Source: the human T2T-CHM13v2.0 reference genome, Homo sapiens. From it: 64,000 bases of DNA. The position numbers were made by a program, and so were the translations under genes. Positions 28,280 through 41,500 of this stretch are shown here, in pieces; position 1 is the stretch's first letter; each line of letters opens with the position of its first letter. Location of the stretch: NCBI RefSeq assembly GCF_009914755.1, contig NC_060928.1, one strand, 5' to 3'. The notes under the pieces were generated by a model. It searched no databases. It was given only the letters and a program-made list of their open reading frames with translations, and was not told where the DNA came from.

Positions 28280-30625
28280 TGTATTAGTCTGTTCTCACAC
28301 TGCTAATAAAGACATACCCAAGACTGGGTAATTTATAAAGGAAAGATGTTTAATTGACTCACAGTTCCACATGGCTGAGGAGGCCTTACATCATGGTGGA
28401 AGGTGAAGGAGGAGCAAAGGCATGTCTTACATGGCAGCAGGCAAGAGAGTACATGCAGGGGAACTCCGCTTCATAAAACAATCAGATCTCATGAGACTTA
28501 AGTACTACCATGAGAACAGCACAGGAAAGACCTGCCCCCATGATTCAATTACCTCCCACCAGTTCCCTGCCACAACAGATGGGAATTATGAGAGCTACAA
28601 TTAAAGATGAGATTCAGGTGGGGACACAGCCAAACCATATCATTTGGCCCCTGGCCTCTCCCAAATCTCATGTCCTCACATTTCTAAACACAATCATGCC
28701 TTCCAACAGTCCCTCAAACTCTTAACTCATTTCAGCATTAACTCAAAAGTCTGCAGTCCAAAGTCTCATTTGAGACAAGGCAAATCCCTTCCACATATGA
28801 GCCTGTAAAATCAAAAGCAAGTTAATTACTTCCTGGATAAAATGAGGATACAAGCATTGGGTAAATACAGCCATTCCAAATGTGATAAATTGGCCAAAAC
28901 AAAAGGGCTACAGGTTCCATGCAAGTTCGAAATCTAGTGGGGGCAGTCAATCTTAAAGCTCCAAAATGATCTCCTTTGACTCCATGTCTCACATCCAAGT
29001 CACATTGATGCAAGAGGTTGGTTCCCATGGTCTTGGGCAGCTCTGCTTTGCAAGGCACAGCCCCACCTCCCGGCTGCTTTCACAGGTTGGCATTGAGTGT
29101 CTTGCTTTTCCAGGTGCATTGTGCAAACTGTCAATGGATTTACCATTCCGAGGTCTGGAAGATGGTGGCCCTCTTCCCACAACTCCACTAGGCAGTACCC
29201 CAGTGGGGACTCTGTGTGAGGACTCACACCCCACATTTCCCTTCTGCACTACTTTAGCAGAGGCTCTCCATAAAGCCTCTGCCCCTGCAACACACTTCTG
29301 CCTGGACATCCAGGTGTTTCCATACATCCTTTGAAATCTAGGCGGAGATTCCCAAACCTCAATTGTTGACTTCTGTGCACCCACAGGCCCAACATCACAT
29401 GGCAGCTGCCAAGGTTTGGGGCTTGCAACCTCTGAAGCCATGACCTGAGCTGTACTTTGGCTTGTTCTAGCCAGTTCTAGAGCAGGTGGAATGCAGAGTA
29501 CCAAATCCCCAGGCTGCATACAGCAGGGGGGCTCTGGGCCCAGTGCATGAAACCATTTTTTCCCTCTAGGCCTCTAGACCTGTGATGGGAGGGGCTGCTG
29601 CAAAGGTCTCTGACATGCCCTGGAGACATTTTTCTCGTTGTCTTGGTGATTAAAATTTGCCTCCTCATTACTTAAGCAAATTTCTGCAGCCAGCTTGAAT
29701 TTTTCCTCAGAAAATGGATTTTTCTTTTCTATCACATTACCAGACTGCAAATTTTCTGAACTTCCATACTCTGCTTCTTTTTTAAACATAAGTTCCAATT
29801 CCAAACCATATATTTGTGAATACATAAAACTGAATGCTTTTAACCACACCAAAGTCACCTCTTGAACACTTTGCTGCTTAGAAATTTCTTCCACCAGATG
29901 CCCTAAATCATCTCTCAAGTTCAAAGTTCCACAAAACTCTAGGGCAGAGGCAAAATGCCACCATTCTCTTTTCTAAAACATAGCAAGAGTCACCTTTATT
30001 CTAGTTCCCAGCAAGTTCCTCATCTCCATCTGAGACCATCTTAGCCTGGACTTTATTGTCCATATTACTGTCAGCATTTTGGTCAAAGCCATTCAACAAG
30101 TCTCTAGGAAGTTCCAAACTTTCCATATCTTCCTGTCTTCTTCTGAGCCCTCCAAATTGTTCTAATCTCTGCCTGTTACTCAGTTCCAAAGTTGCTTTCA
30201 CATTTTCTTGTATCTTTACAGCAGCACACCACTCTACTGGTACCAATTTAATGTATCAGTCTGTACTCATGCTGCTAATAAAGACACACCCAAGACTGGA
30301 TAATTTATAAAGAAAAGAGATTTTAATGGACTCATAGTTCCACATTGCTGGAGAAGCCTCACAATCATGGCTGAAGGTAAATGAGGAGCAAAGGCATGTC
30401 TTACATGGCTGCAGGCAAGAGAGCATAGAGAGCATGTGCAAGGGAGCTCCCCTTTATAAAACCATCAGATCATGTGAGATTTACTCACTATCATGGGAAC
30501 AGCATGGGAGAGAACTGCCCCCATGACTCAATTATCTCTCACTGAGTCCCTCCCATGAGACATGGGAATTATCATAGCTACAATTGAAGATGAAATTTTG
30601 GTTGAGACACAGCTAAACCATATCA
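28280..30625 (-). mobile_element. Complete THE1 (THE1C/D-like) MaLR provirus: LTRs 28280-28642 and 30252-30625, internal region ~1.6 kb
   Basis: Two homologous ~365-bp LTRs (tgtat.agtctgt...aaaccatatca) flank a THE1-internal-like sequence. Inserted in the L1 5' region. Confidence 0.93.
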
Positions 30626-31709
30626 CTCTGCCACACTGCTGGGTTCATTCAGCAATGTGTGGCTGAAGTGTTCTGGGTGGCTGTAAAGGTAAGTCATTGA
30701 GGCTCCAGGGATATGGAGAGGAAGGGGCTATTTGGCCCCAGGTCAGTATATAGTCTAGTGGGAACTGGACTCTCAAAATGACAAATGGCATCATACTGCA
30801 GCTGCTTGAGTCTCAGGCAGGTGTGTAGAACCCAATTGAGCTTCCCCTCCGGAGCAATGCTGTCATGAGCACTCCAGGCAGCTCCCTGTACTAGTCTCAA
30901 GGCTCATGAGAGTTGAGGGGCTCTCCAATGGATAAGATTGCATGAGTCCATGATGGGAATATGGGCTACTGGGGATCCCTCACTTACTCTTTCCCTGTAC
31001 TGGGGAAACTTTCCAGGCTCCCAGCCGATCCTGGGTAAGCAGGCTGCCTTACTTGGCTCTTCTGCCATGCCTCAGGTATTTCCCGTCTCTACTGCTTTCC
31101 ACGGTGTTCTCTTAGATGTGCTATTCAAAGTAAGATAATCTACTATTTATCTAATTTGGTTCTTCTTTGTGGAGGAGGTGAGTGCAAGTTGTCTCTAGTC
31201 AGCCATTTTGAACCTTTCTTCCAAATAAGTTACTTTTACCTTCTAAAGCCATAGACAAGTAGTAACTTTTTTCCACTGAATAGAGGACATTAGTAAGATG
31301 AGACGTTTTTGGCAGCAGACAACTTGATATTCAAAGACATCATACCTTCTCTAGTTTTTGCAATGTACACGTCTGAGCAGTAGCAAGTGGAACCTCAAGA
31401 GGGAGAGTGAGAAAACATTTACATAATATTTGTCCACCTGAAGTTTGAGGCTATATGAAGAAGCTGAACTATCTGCAAGAGAAATCAGCTATAAAATAAA
31501 GAATTATAGTCTTGCGTGGACTGCCAGGCACAAGTGTTAGGTGAAGACTCAGAAGAACATATGAACAAATTAGGTAGGAGAGACAGGACAAAACTGAAGA
31601 ACAGGTTATGGCCTCAGTTAAGGACCTATCCAGTAATGGCCTATGTGTTTTGCCAATTTTCAGATTAAAAATTGTTCTAAATATTAGAAATATAGACAGA
31701 TGTGCATGT

Positions 31710-31712
<3 letters not shown>

Positions 31713-31748
<36 letters not shown>
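31713..31748. repeat. (GT)n microsatellite
   Basis: Visible directly. Confidence 0.97.
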
Positions 31749-34340
31749 ATATGTTTTGTATCACTGGTTCTTAGTCCCTCCTAATATTGCCACATATTTC
31801 ATTCCTGCAACTTCCAGATATTTCAAGTATGTCTTCAGGATTATTTCACTGAAATATAAATAAGTGTTTTCAGCTGACTCACAGTATTAGCTAATTTTTC
31901 CTGCCCTCCAGTTGTGGCCATCCTCTGCTGGGTCACACTATATATCCCAGCCTCTGCTTTCAGTTGTGCTGGGTATTCCCACTAATTCTCCTTGGCATTT
32001 TTACTTGTGCCATGCAGACTAGCCTCTCTTTCTGGCTATTATCATGTCCACAGTTTAGTCTTCTCAGGTAATGTCACTGCCATTCCTCTTTGGAAGCCTT
32101 GAAACCAGCAAAGCCCTAATATTTCCACTGCATCTAAAGCTTCATTTTCAAGGCAGCAAGCTAAGGCTGTTTTCTGGAACCTCCACAGGATAAAGTTATA
32201 CCATGTTCAATGTACTAGTACAGAGAATGCCTCTCTCTCTCTCTCTCTCCCCCTCTCTCTCTCTTTCCCTCCCGCCTTTCTCTCTGCCTTATTACTCAGA
32301 CAACAAAATGCTGCAATTCACAAAATAACGTTTCATTTAGTTCACTTTAACTTAAATGATATGCATATGCCATTAAAAAAATTGAGGAAACATAAATTAA
32401 TCATGCCCAACTGGGGTGGTTGAAAATTTTTTAAATGATAGGAATCAGTAAGCAATATAATATCATATTATTTCCCATATTATTCCAAACATCATGAACC
32501 CTAAAATAAAGTTTGTAGTTATCACAAGTTTTTAATCAATTCAGATCACATTTCAAAGTGCCACTGTGAGCTGCCCAAACCATGTGTTTTGCAGCTGCAG
32601 TGAATTTGACATGCTCTGAAATCACCATGGAATCCTCTGGATCTCTTGGAATTATGGAGCAAAGTCTAAGAAATAAAAACTGTAGTTTTTATTTCTTAAT
32701 ACGCTGGACAAATCAGGAAAGACATGCTTTGGAGAGCATGTGTGTGTAATTATTTTAAAGAATCCCAAATATGACTTTGTGAGTAGCTGTAGCTTTTAGA
32801 ATATTTAATTATATATATATATAATATATATATAAAATATACAGAGAATTAAAGATTTAATTATATATATACATGAACAATAGCATTTTTCAATGATTCA
32901 TTGTAAAGATGTTCAAACATAGAGAAAAATTAAAGTGAGTGAGTGCTTTTGTACATTCCACCTACCATTAATATTTTACTATACTTGCTTTATTACATAC
33001 CCATTCAACTATTCATCCCTGTCAAACCATCAGCTTATCTTACTTGTTATATAGTTTTTGATACTTTCTTAAATCTACATATGAACCAAATGTAAGATTT
33101 CAGAATATAATTGTTAGTTCCTAATCTGAGGATCACGGATTTTTAGAACTAAAACAGACCTTTAAAAACTCTTTATTGTACACATGTCGTTTTTCAGATA
33201 TAGAAATTAAGGCATAATGAGTTTAAAGTTTGAGTAAGAGCACCCAACAAATTAGTAACTAAACCAAGATTAAAATCCCTACTTGGTGTTTTCATGTAAA
33301 TATGCACTTCAACAGAGAAGTTGTAATGTGTGGGCATGATGAGGAGGAGAATTGTTGAAGTGTGTTCTTTGTTAGAAAATTAAAATGACTTCAATAGATG
33401 AATGTGCATTTGAATTAGCAGTAAGAGTTCAGAAGGAAACAGAAGTGAGTGAAGAGCTGAACATCTGTGAAAATCTTCCTACTGTATAATCAAAAGAAAA
33501 AACACTGCTAAAAAATACTTACTCTAGCATGTTTTTTATGTTTGCCAAGTTTCTAAAACTATGAAATATTGTGGGGATGAAAAATTAAAGGCTGAGCCCT
33601 GGAAGCAGGAAAGCTGGGTGGGAAACAAAGAGCATTTGCTGCTTAAATTCACTTTGACAAACTCATAGACTGTGGCAATAAGCTCTGCTTACAGAGTATA
33701 GAAGGGACGTGTTCTGTAGCCTATGCAATCCCTTGAATAAGTCCATTCCTAGAGTGGTACTTAACTTTTCTATTACCCACTATCGATCTACACTGTTTCA
33801 AGGCACATGCAAAGATAAGAGTCACGACTCTTCTGAGAATGAATATGTCACAATTTAAGGTACAAATGTCTCAATCACTTTTATGTTTCCTTGTTTTGAT
33901 ATAAATTTTTGAGAAAAATTTAAAATCAATGGGTGAATAAATGTTAGTTTACATTTTCATTCATGCTTCAAACATGGTGAGGCAGAAATGCAAGGTTTTT
34001 TCTTCTTCTTACATCCGTTAAAACTTAAAAGTACTCAGGATTTTGTATTTTTTAAAACCCTTCACGTAACTCTTTAGGTGACCAGTATTTGAGAGCTACT
34101 AGTATAAAGAATTCTACAGTAGAAGTCAAAAGGTCTGGTTTCTAGTTCTGGTCCCATAGTGATTTATTAAGTGGCCCTGTGTAATTCATTTCCCTCTAGA
34201 ATTTATTTCCTAAGCATGCAGTAGATGCCAGACCCACCTAGCATGTGTTATGGGGTTAATAGAATGAGATATTTGAAAGGAAAATACTCTGTAAAGGATC
34301 TAGTATTACATATTTACAAGTATGTGTGTACATGTATAAG

Positions 34341-34344
<4 letters not shown>

Positions 34345-34390
<46 letters not shown>

Positions 34391-34395
34391 TATAT
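34345..34395. repeat. (TA)n microsatellite
   Basis: Visible directly. Confidence 0.95.
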
Positions 34396-35088
34396 CAGTC
34401 TTCATTGTCTTAATCTTGTGACCAATGTAAACTATTTAAGCCTCAGGCCAGAGTCACAGAGGAAGTCTCCTGCTTTCAGGTGAGGAGAACATGTATCATT
34501 CATTGTGTGACTCTACTTAGGTCCCCTTGGCATAAACGATTATAAACAGAGCCCTTTGATTTTTTCTAACTGAAAATAATTGTAAGAGATACATTTACCT
34601 TGTTATATTCACACATAATCAATACATATGTTTTATGAAAAAATACTCACCTTTACCATGAGTTACACACTCTAATATGATTTTCTCTTTTATTTAACTT
34701 TGAAAAATGTTGTCATAAACCAATAACTGGATCTCACAATCATTAATGTATTTACCTGCCTCTTGAAAGACATTGTCGTAAAACCTCTATTGTGAGTCTC
34801 AATTATAGCGAATTATTCAATGAGAAGAGAAAAACAAGTTAATGGTGTCAACCCAATATTTTCAATCATGAAAAGAAATTGAAGGGGTTGAATCCTTTCT
34901 TATGAATCTCTACTGTGTGAGCTAATAATCTATCAATGTGAAAATCTACCTGGTCTAATGTGTGAATGGTAATGCATCCTGTTTCATCTGCATTTATGTA
35001 TCTATTCTTATGTTTGTTATAAAAAGAGACTTGTGGACCTTATGATACTAATAATATTAAATAATATTTTTAATGGACACTTGCTGTA

Positions 35089-35782
35089 TGATATAGTTTG
35101 TATCTGTCCCTACCAATCTCATGTTGAATTGTAATCCCGAGTGTTGGAGATGGGGCCTGGTGGGAGGTGTTTGCATCATGAGGGTGGATCTTTGGTGAAT
35201 GGTTTAGAGCCATCGCCTCAGTGCTGTCTTCACCATAGTAAGTTCTTTCGAGGGCCGGACATGGTGGCTCACACCTGTAATCCCTCACTTTGGGAGGCTG
35301 AGGTGGGAGGATCACTTGAGGACAGGAGTTTGAGACCAGCCTGGCCAACATGGTGAAACCTCGTCTCTACTAAAATTACAAAAATTAGATGGACATAGTG
35401 GTGCACACCTGTAATCCCAGTTACTCAGGAGGCTGAGGCAGGAGAATCACTTGAACCCAGGAGATGGAGGTTGCAACGAGCCAAGATCTCACCACTACAC
35501 TCCAGCCTGGGCAACAGAGCAAGATTCTGTCTCAAAAAAAAAAAAAAAAAAAAAGTTCTTGTGAGATCTGGTTGTTTAAAAGTGTGTGACACCTCCTCCC
35601 CACTCTCAAGCTCCCACTTTGCCTTCTGCCATAAGTAAAAGCTGCCTGAGACTCTCACCAGAAGCAGATGCCACCACCATACTTCTTGTACTGCCTGTAG
35701 AACCAAGAGCCAATTAAATCTCTCCTCTCTATAAATTACCCAGTCTCAGGTATTTGTTTAAATGCAACAATGGTCTAACACA
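35089..35782 (+). mobile_element. MST (MSTB-like) MaLR solo LTR split by an Alu
   Basis: tgatatagtttg...aatctcatgttgaattgtaatccc start. Resumes after the Alu at gtgagatctggttgtttaaaagtgtg. Ends after ataaattacccagtctcaggtat. Confidence 0.88.
35253..35554 (+). mobile_element. Alu (AluS-like) inserted in the MST LTR
   Basis: Full dimer with poly(A). TSD aagttctttcgag / aagttcttgtgag. Confidence 0.95.
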
Positions 35783-36017
35783 CTATGAAACAAGCAAAGA
35801 AAGGCACTTTCTCTGATTGTTATCTAATGCCAATGAAAATTTTAGAAGTGAACTATTATTCTCATATTACTTATGAAAAAATTTAGGAATAAAGAAGTTA
35901 AGTGACGCCTTAACTCTCACAATAAATTTGATAGTCCAGTCCTCTAATACAGTGGTCTTCAAAGTGAGGTAGGTATATCTCTTAGTATATACAAGTAAGT
36001 TTCAAGATATTTGCAGG

Positions 36018-36422
36018 TATATTAGGCCATTCTTGCGTTGCTATAAGGCAATACTGGAGACTGGTTCATTTATAAGGAAATAGGTTTAATTGGCTCTGCG
36101 GGCTGTACAAGAAGCATGGTGCTGGCAGCTGCTTCTGGTGAGGGCCTCAGGAAGCTTCTAATCATGATGGAAAGTAAAGGGGGAGCAGGCGTCTCATATG
36201 GCAGGAGTGGGAGCAAGAGAGAGAGTTTAGTGGGGGGCGGGGGGTGCCACATACCTTTAAACAACTAGATCTAGCAAGAATTCACTCACTATCATGAGGA
36301 CAGCACCAAGTCATGAGAAATCCACCCCCGTGAGCCAAACACTTCCCCCCAGGCCCCACCTCCAACACTGGGGATTACAATTCAACATGAGATTTAGAGG
36401 GGACAACATACAAACTCTATCA
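36018..36422 (-). mobile_element. MST (MSTA/B-like) solo LTR
   Basis: attaggccattcttgcgttgctataa...gggattacaattcaacatgagattt...tatca. Perfect 5-bp TSD gcagg at 36013-36017 and 36423-36427. Confidence 0.9.
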
Positions 36423-37749
36423 GCAGGCATAAAAAGTTGTAAGAGGCACAATTTTGAGTTTTCCGTTTCTTAGTTATTCTTTTCTAACACCAATATGCTA
36501 GAGAAGTCCCTCATAGTTGAGCTTCTTCTATATTCTTTGACAACGCTCCTCTCCTTTTACTAAACATGGACATTGCTCATCTCTTGGAGTTTTACAAATT
36601 TTCATTTTAAATTTCAGGGTCATTAAACCTTCTCCATCAGATCTAATGTTAACGGAAAGGCTGCAGTCATACTCTTGACTTTTAGTTCTCAAGGGTCAGT
36701 GTTGGGGCAAAATATAGATTTATCATTTTCCTCTGTGTTCCAGAAACTGATGTACATTTTGACCTGCAAACTTGGTCCGGGTATTTCCAGCAGACACCAC
36801 CCTCACAATGTCACTCTCAGATCAGTATCAGATACATGGCTGTAACTCTGAATTTAGAGTCTAAAAATGATCCAGTTAAAAATTTCCATGCATGTCTCAT
36901 TTTGTTAATAGTACAAGAATAGTAATATTATTTAGTGAAGGAGAATTAGAATAACAGTTACTTGAACTTTAGGATTCTGCTAAACTTGATTTGAATCTCT
37001 TCTGGGTCATTTGCTACTATGTAACCTTGGAGAATAACTGAAACTTGAGTTTCAATTATTTCTTACATTAAAAATAAAATAATAGTAATGAACTTGTGGG
37101 ACTTTGCTAGATTTTTAAAAAGTCATGTATGTAAGAACCTGGTACATTAGTAGTGCTCAATAAATGATGGTTATTGTTATAATCATACTGTTCATGTCAT
37201 TTAAAAAACAGGCATTAAACTCACTCACTGTTCAAGATTGGCCCATAAAAGTGCTGAAATGCTTAAAGAAATACATGTGTGAACAGCAGAGTCATCCTCT
37301 TCCTAACCCGTCACTGATTATAGTTATATCAGATTATTCCCTAAGTTTGAGGTTCCAAAAATGAGGGGCATATGCTTAGAAAAAGAAAAAAGTAACAGAA
37401 AAAAATGTTGGGTCTATAGCCACCAGAAAAAGACCACAGGAAATGAATACATTTAACCTCAGAAAGATAAGGCAAAGGGTGTATCAATCTCTTTGACTCT
37501 CAATTTCCTCATCTTCAAAGTTGGACTAATGATTCCTGTGCTCAGGTTCAAGGATCAAAAACAACTCTGATGAAATTCTGCCACATACTACATGTGAAAA
37601 TTTGGGCCAACTAATGTACCTCTATTAGTCTCAGTGTCTTAGTCCATAGAATATAATTAATGCTAGGAAATGCCTTATGGACTTAGAGAATTCTCAACGC
37701 ATGATACACACCTTGGCACTGAGTGAATGTTAGTTACTGACGTGGCTGC

Positions 37750-38095
37750 AGGTACCAGTTTCTTAGGGCTGACATAACAAACTACATACCACAAACTGGG
37801 TAGCTTACAAAAACAAATGTTTGTGTCAAAGTTCCAGAGACTAGCAGTCTGAAACAAAGGTATCAGTTGGGCTATGCTCTCTCTTAAACCTGTAGGAAAA
37901 ATCCTTCCTTGCTTCTCCTCAGTTTCCGATGATTTGCTGGCAGTGTTCAGTGTTCCTTGGATTGCAGTGGCACAACTCCAGTCTCAGCCTTTATTGTCAC
38001 ATGGCATTCTCTCTGGTGTCGCTGTCTTCACATGGCCATCTTATAAGGGTACCAGCCATATTGGACTACGTATGGCCCCATCTTAACTAAGTTAG
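37750..38095 (-). mobile_element. MLT1-type MaLR LTR fragment
   Basis: tagggctgacataacaaa...ccacaaactgggtagcttacaaaaacaaatg...ttataagggtaccagccatattgga. Confidence 0.75.
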
Positions 38096-38573
38096 CCTCG
38101 GCCTACAGGGTCAGGATCATCAGTATCACTGTCTTCCATCTCCACATGTTGTCTCACTGGAAGGTCTTCAGGGGCAATAACCTGTATGGAGCTATCATCT
38201 CCTATGATAACAATGCCTTCCTCTGAGGCTATTTTACAGTTAACTTTTCAAGTAAAAAGGAATACATTCCAAAATAATGATAAAATTTATAGTACAGTAA
38301 TACATAAACCAGTAACATAGTTTCTGGTTTATTTTCAAGTGTTATGTACTGCTTATTATCGTATGTGCTATACGTTTATACAACTGGCAGCACAGTAGAT
38401 CTGTTTATACCAGCATCACCACAAACATGTGAGTAATACATTGTGCTATGACATTATGATGGTTACAATGTCTCTAGGTGACAGGAATTTTTTATCTCCA
38501 TTATAACCTTATGGAACTACTGTCATATATGCGGTCCCTTGTTGACCAAAACATTGTATATGGTGTATGACTA
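38096..38573. mobile_element. Tigger3/GOLEM-like TcMar DNA transposon fragment
   Basis: ggtcaggatcatcagtatcactgtcttcca...caccacaaacatgtgagtaat. TIR-like end gttgaccaaaacattgtatatggtgtatgacta followed by TA. Confidence 0.75.
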
Positions 38574-41500
38574 TATATAGTTTTTTCATAAAAGCCTCCA
38601 CATGAAAAGGGATTTTTAGAATGAGAAGAAACTCCAAAAATGAACATGTTTAAATCTAACCAAAAATAATTTAAATGACACTTTAGAAAAACATGATAGC
38701 AATGATGTCTCTGAAATGATAGGATGTACTCTTTTGTTGTATTCTATTTTACAAATATATTGTAGATGCCAGAATTAAGTGACTTAATTAGTATCAGGAG
38801 ATTATGTTTTCCTAGAAAAACAGCAAGTATGATGCTAATATTGCAAATTATAAACTTTATATTTTATTTTACTAACTACATGTAACAAATACTAAATAAT
38901 ATTTTACAGGTATGTGCCAATTTTTTAAGATTTTTTTCTCATTGGTGATATAAATTGAACTTACTCTGAGGCATAAAGAATAGCTATTAACCTTCTATCT
39001 TCTTATTTTCTATTAAAAAAAACTGAAAGAAAACTGATAGAACAAACCTTGCCCATGGTTTCATAGTTAGTAAATCACAAGGCTAGAATTCAAACCTTGT
39101 GATTCAACTAACTTTTGAATGAAAATCTTGTCAGCATTTCCTTGGTTGTTCATCCATTTTTATTTTCGTTGTTGCTGTTATGTTATTCATGATACCAATA
39201 GTACTGGGTGTAATGTTAAATAGTAGCCACAACAGAGGGTATGACCAAGACCCTCTTGTCTTAGTCAGTGTAATTGTCCATTGATCAGAATTCCACAAGG
39301 GAAGATATACCACGCATTGGTAGGAGGAAAGCAGTTTTCTTTCTAAAAATAAATGTTTCCTATTAATTTTTTTCCTTCTTATTACATTTCCTCAATCAAT
39401 ATTCAATTACCTTATAATAAATTGAAATAATTCTGTGATAATTTGTTCCATTGAAGTGATGAGACATGTATGTAGGGAAATCGCAAATCATTTTATCTGT
39501 GTGCAGCAACCAATTATTTAATGATTTGGGGTCTACTGGCGTACAACAATAAACATAACAAGATATGAGCTGAAGTCAGTAAATGTCAGGTGCAGGTAGA
39601 GGAAACAGCATGTCAACTTAATTCTGCTTGCTCTACTATTTCCCAGGAGAATGCTCAAGCAGATTTATACCACAACTTTACTATACTGGGTTGCTTTACA
39701 AAAGACCATTTCTATACCAAAACAAAAAAGTTACACTCACCTTGGGAAAACATAAAGCTCCATCTCCAGAAACAACTTCCAGCTGGTCTTTCCTAACCAT
39801 GTCTCAGTGATTAGACCAAAGTCATGAGCATTAGAGGCAAAGGTCTAGCAGAAGTCCAAACTTTCAAAGTAACATCTGCAGAGAAAATATCAGCCGATAT
39901 AAAAACATGTGCACTGTTAATGAAATTGTGGAGTTTGCATCCTTTTGAATTTTTCTGCTTTGATGAGTATTCTTTATTCATAACCTCTCTAAGGCATTTT
40001 CTTTGGAACACAAAAGGATAATTCATATTCTATTTATTTTATTCTCATAAATTATTTCTTCATACTACTAATCCTAAAGTTCTGCAATGTTGCTTTGTTT
40101 CCTTTTACACCCACTCACCTAAACCTCCAATTCCAGAAAAAGAACAGCTGAAAAACTTATATATTACATATTTTAACACCAATTGGATTTCTTTAAGCTC
40201 CATGTGATATGTTTAGTTGACTATAGTTACGTCGCTCAAGTGATTATGATTGATTCAAATGTCTAAGATTAAAAATTGTAACCCAGGAAATCTTACTTTA
40301 GAAGAATCTTCCAGTTTTATAGCTATAGTTGATTGTCCTGTCTCCACATGAGCATCACAATAGTTATTCCATTCACTCTCTTAAACTCACTCAACAAATG
40401 TGACCTGTTTTACTGAGTACCAGGAGTTATGAGGAATATAAAGGAAACAGAAGTCATGGTCTCATTTTAGGGTACTTACAATATCTACAAAAGATACTAT
40501 CTTTTTCAACAGTCGCAAAATACAAATAGGAAAGAAAAAACCGTCTAAATCTTATTTGAGGAAATGACAAAATGCAAGGTACAGAAAATAAGTGTAAAAG
40601 GAGAATTGGTGCTCCTTAGTTCTAAAACTTCAGTGGTTGAAGTCCATTTTTATGTCCTGAAACATCAATAAAAACATCTGTTATATAATCTACTAGCTAT
40701 CTTCACTCAAAATTACTTGCTTATGTAAATATTTAGTTTATAACTTTTTTAGTAAAAACATTTAAATGTTGAATAATTTAAGAAAAACATTTTAGTCTAT
40801 ATTTAAAAACGAAAAATTTTTTTTTCTCTACTTCATAGATGTATGCAATTTACAAGAGTGAAAGGAGAAACATAGGCAGAGTTAAATGAATTCCTCTTGA
40901 ATGTGCGAAATTTATAGTTTTAAGACTTTCTGCTGGATTTTCACTTTTCACTATAAGGAGCAAGTGTGAAAGAAAGACCATCTGACATAGAAACAAATCA
41001 ACTGGATTCCTGATATAAGGAATGCTAAGCATTGATTTCTGAGGTAGCAATGAAGCAAATTTGTCTCTTGCTATTTTTCCAATAAGAATCCTATATTTTC
41101 TTTCAAAAGTGTCTGTAAGTGTAGACATCGGTGTAGATTTGCCATCTTCAATGTTATGCTTTCATCAGTCTCACTGAAGTCCAAAGTCAACCTCTTCTGT
41201 TGGCTTGGTTTGATAAAATGACAAAATAATAAATGACCTGATAAAAATGACAAATAAGGAAGGATTTATCTCTAGACTCCAAATCTCCTTTATTCATAAA
41301 CACACACACACATACACACTCACTCACTCACTCAAATATCAAGAGATGATTTCAGAACTCAATTCTTCATTTTTGTCTTATACTACTCCTAAAACCTTCT
41401 CTAAAGAAAAGCTAATAAATTCACTCCCAATAACATATTATTGCTTGAAAAATCCAGCTTACTTACTGTTCAAGTCATTCGATTTGATTATGCTTCTTTA

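Larger units (their letters stand above)
21850..31218 (-). mobile_element. Old full-length L1 (L1MA-like), ~7 kb without the nested THE1, all ORFs decayed
   Basis: L1MA-type 3' end at ~21850. ORF2 C-terminal remnants (22039-22257, 22911-23177), endonuclease remnant (25188-25598; IIVGD, TFSRIDHIL) and ORF1 remnant (26282-26470; IRLTADFS). 5' end caaaatggctgactagag (YY1-like) at ~31210. Degenerate TSD ttccaagcaagttgctttt (21831-21849) / ttccaaataagttactttt (31219-31237). Confidence 0.9.

Noticed and set aside
28822-30441. Cluster of ORFs up to 176 aa
   Set aside because: Fragments of the decayed THE1 internal region and LTR; no intact gene.
40850-41253. Exon-like overlapping minus-strand ORFs
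   Set aside because: No recognisable homology or supportable splice-site pair.
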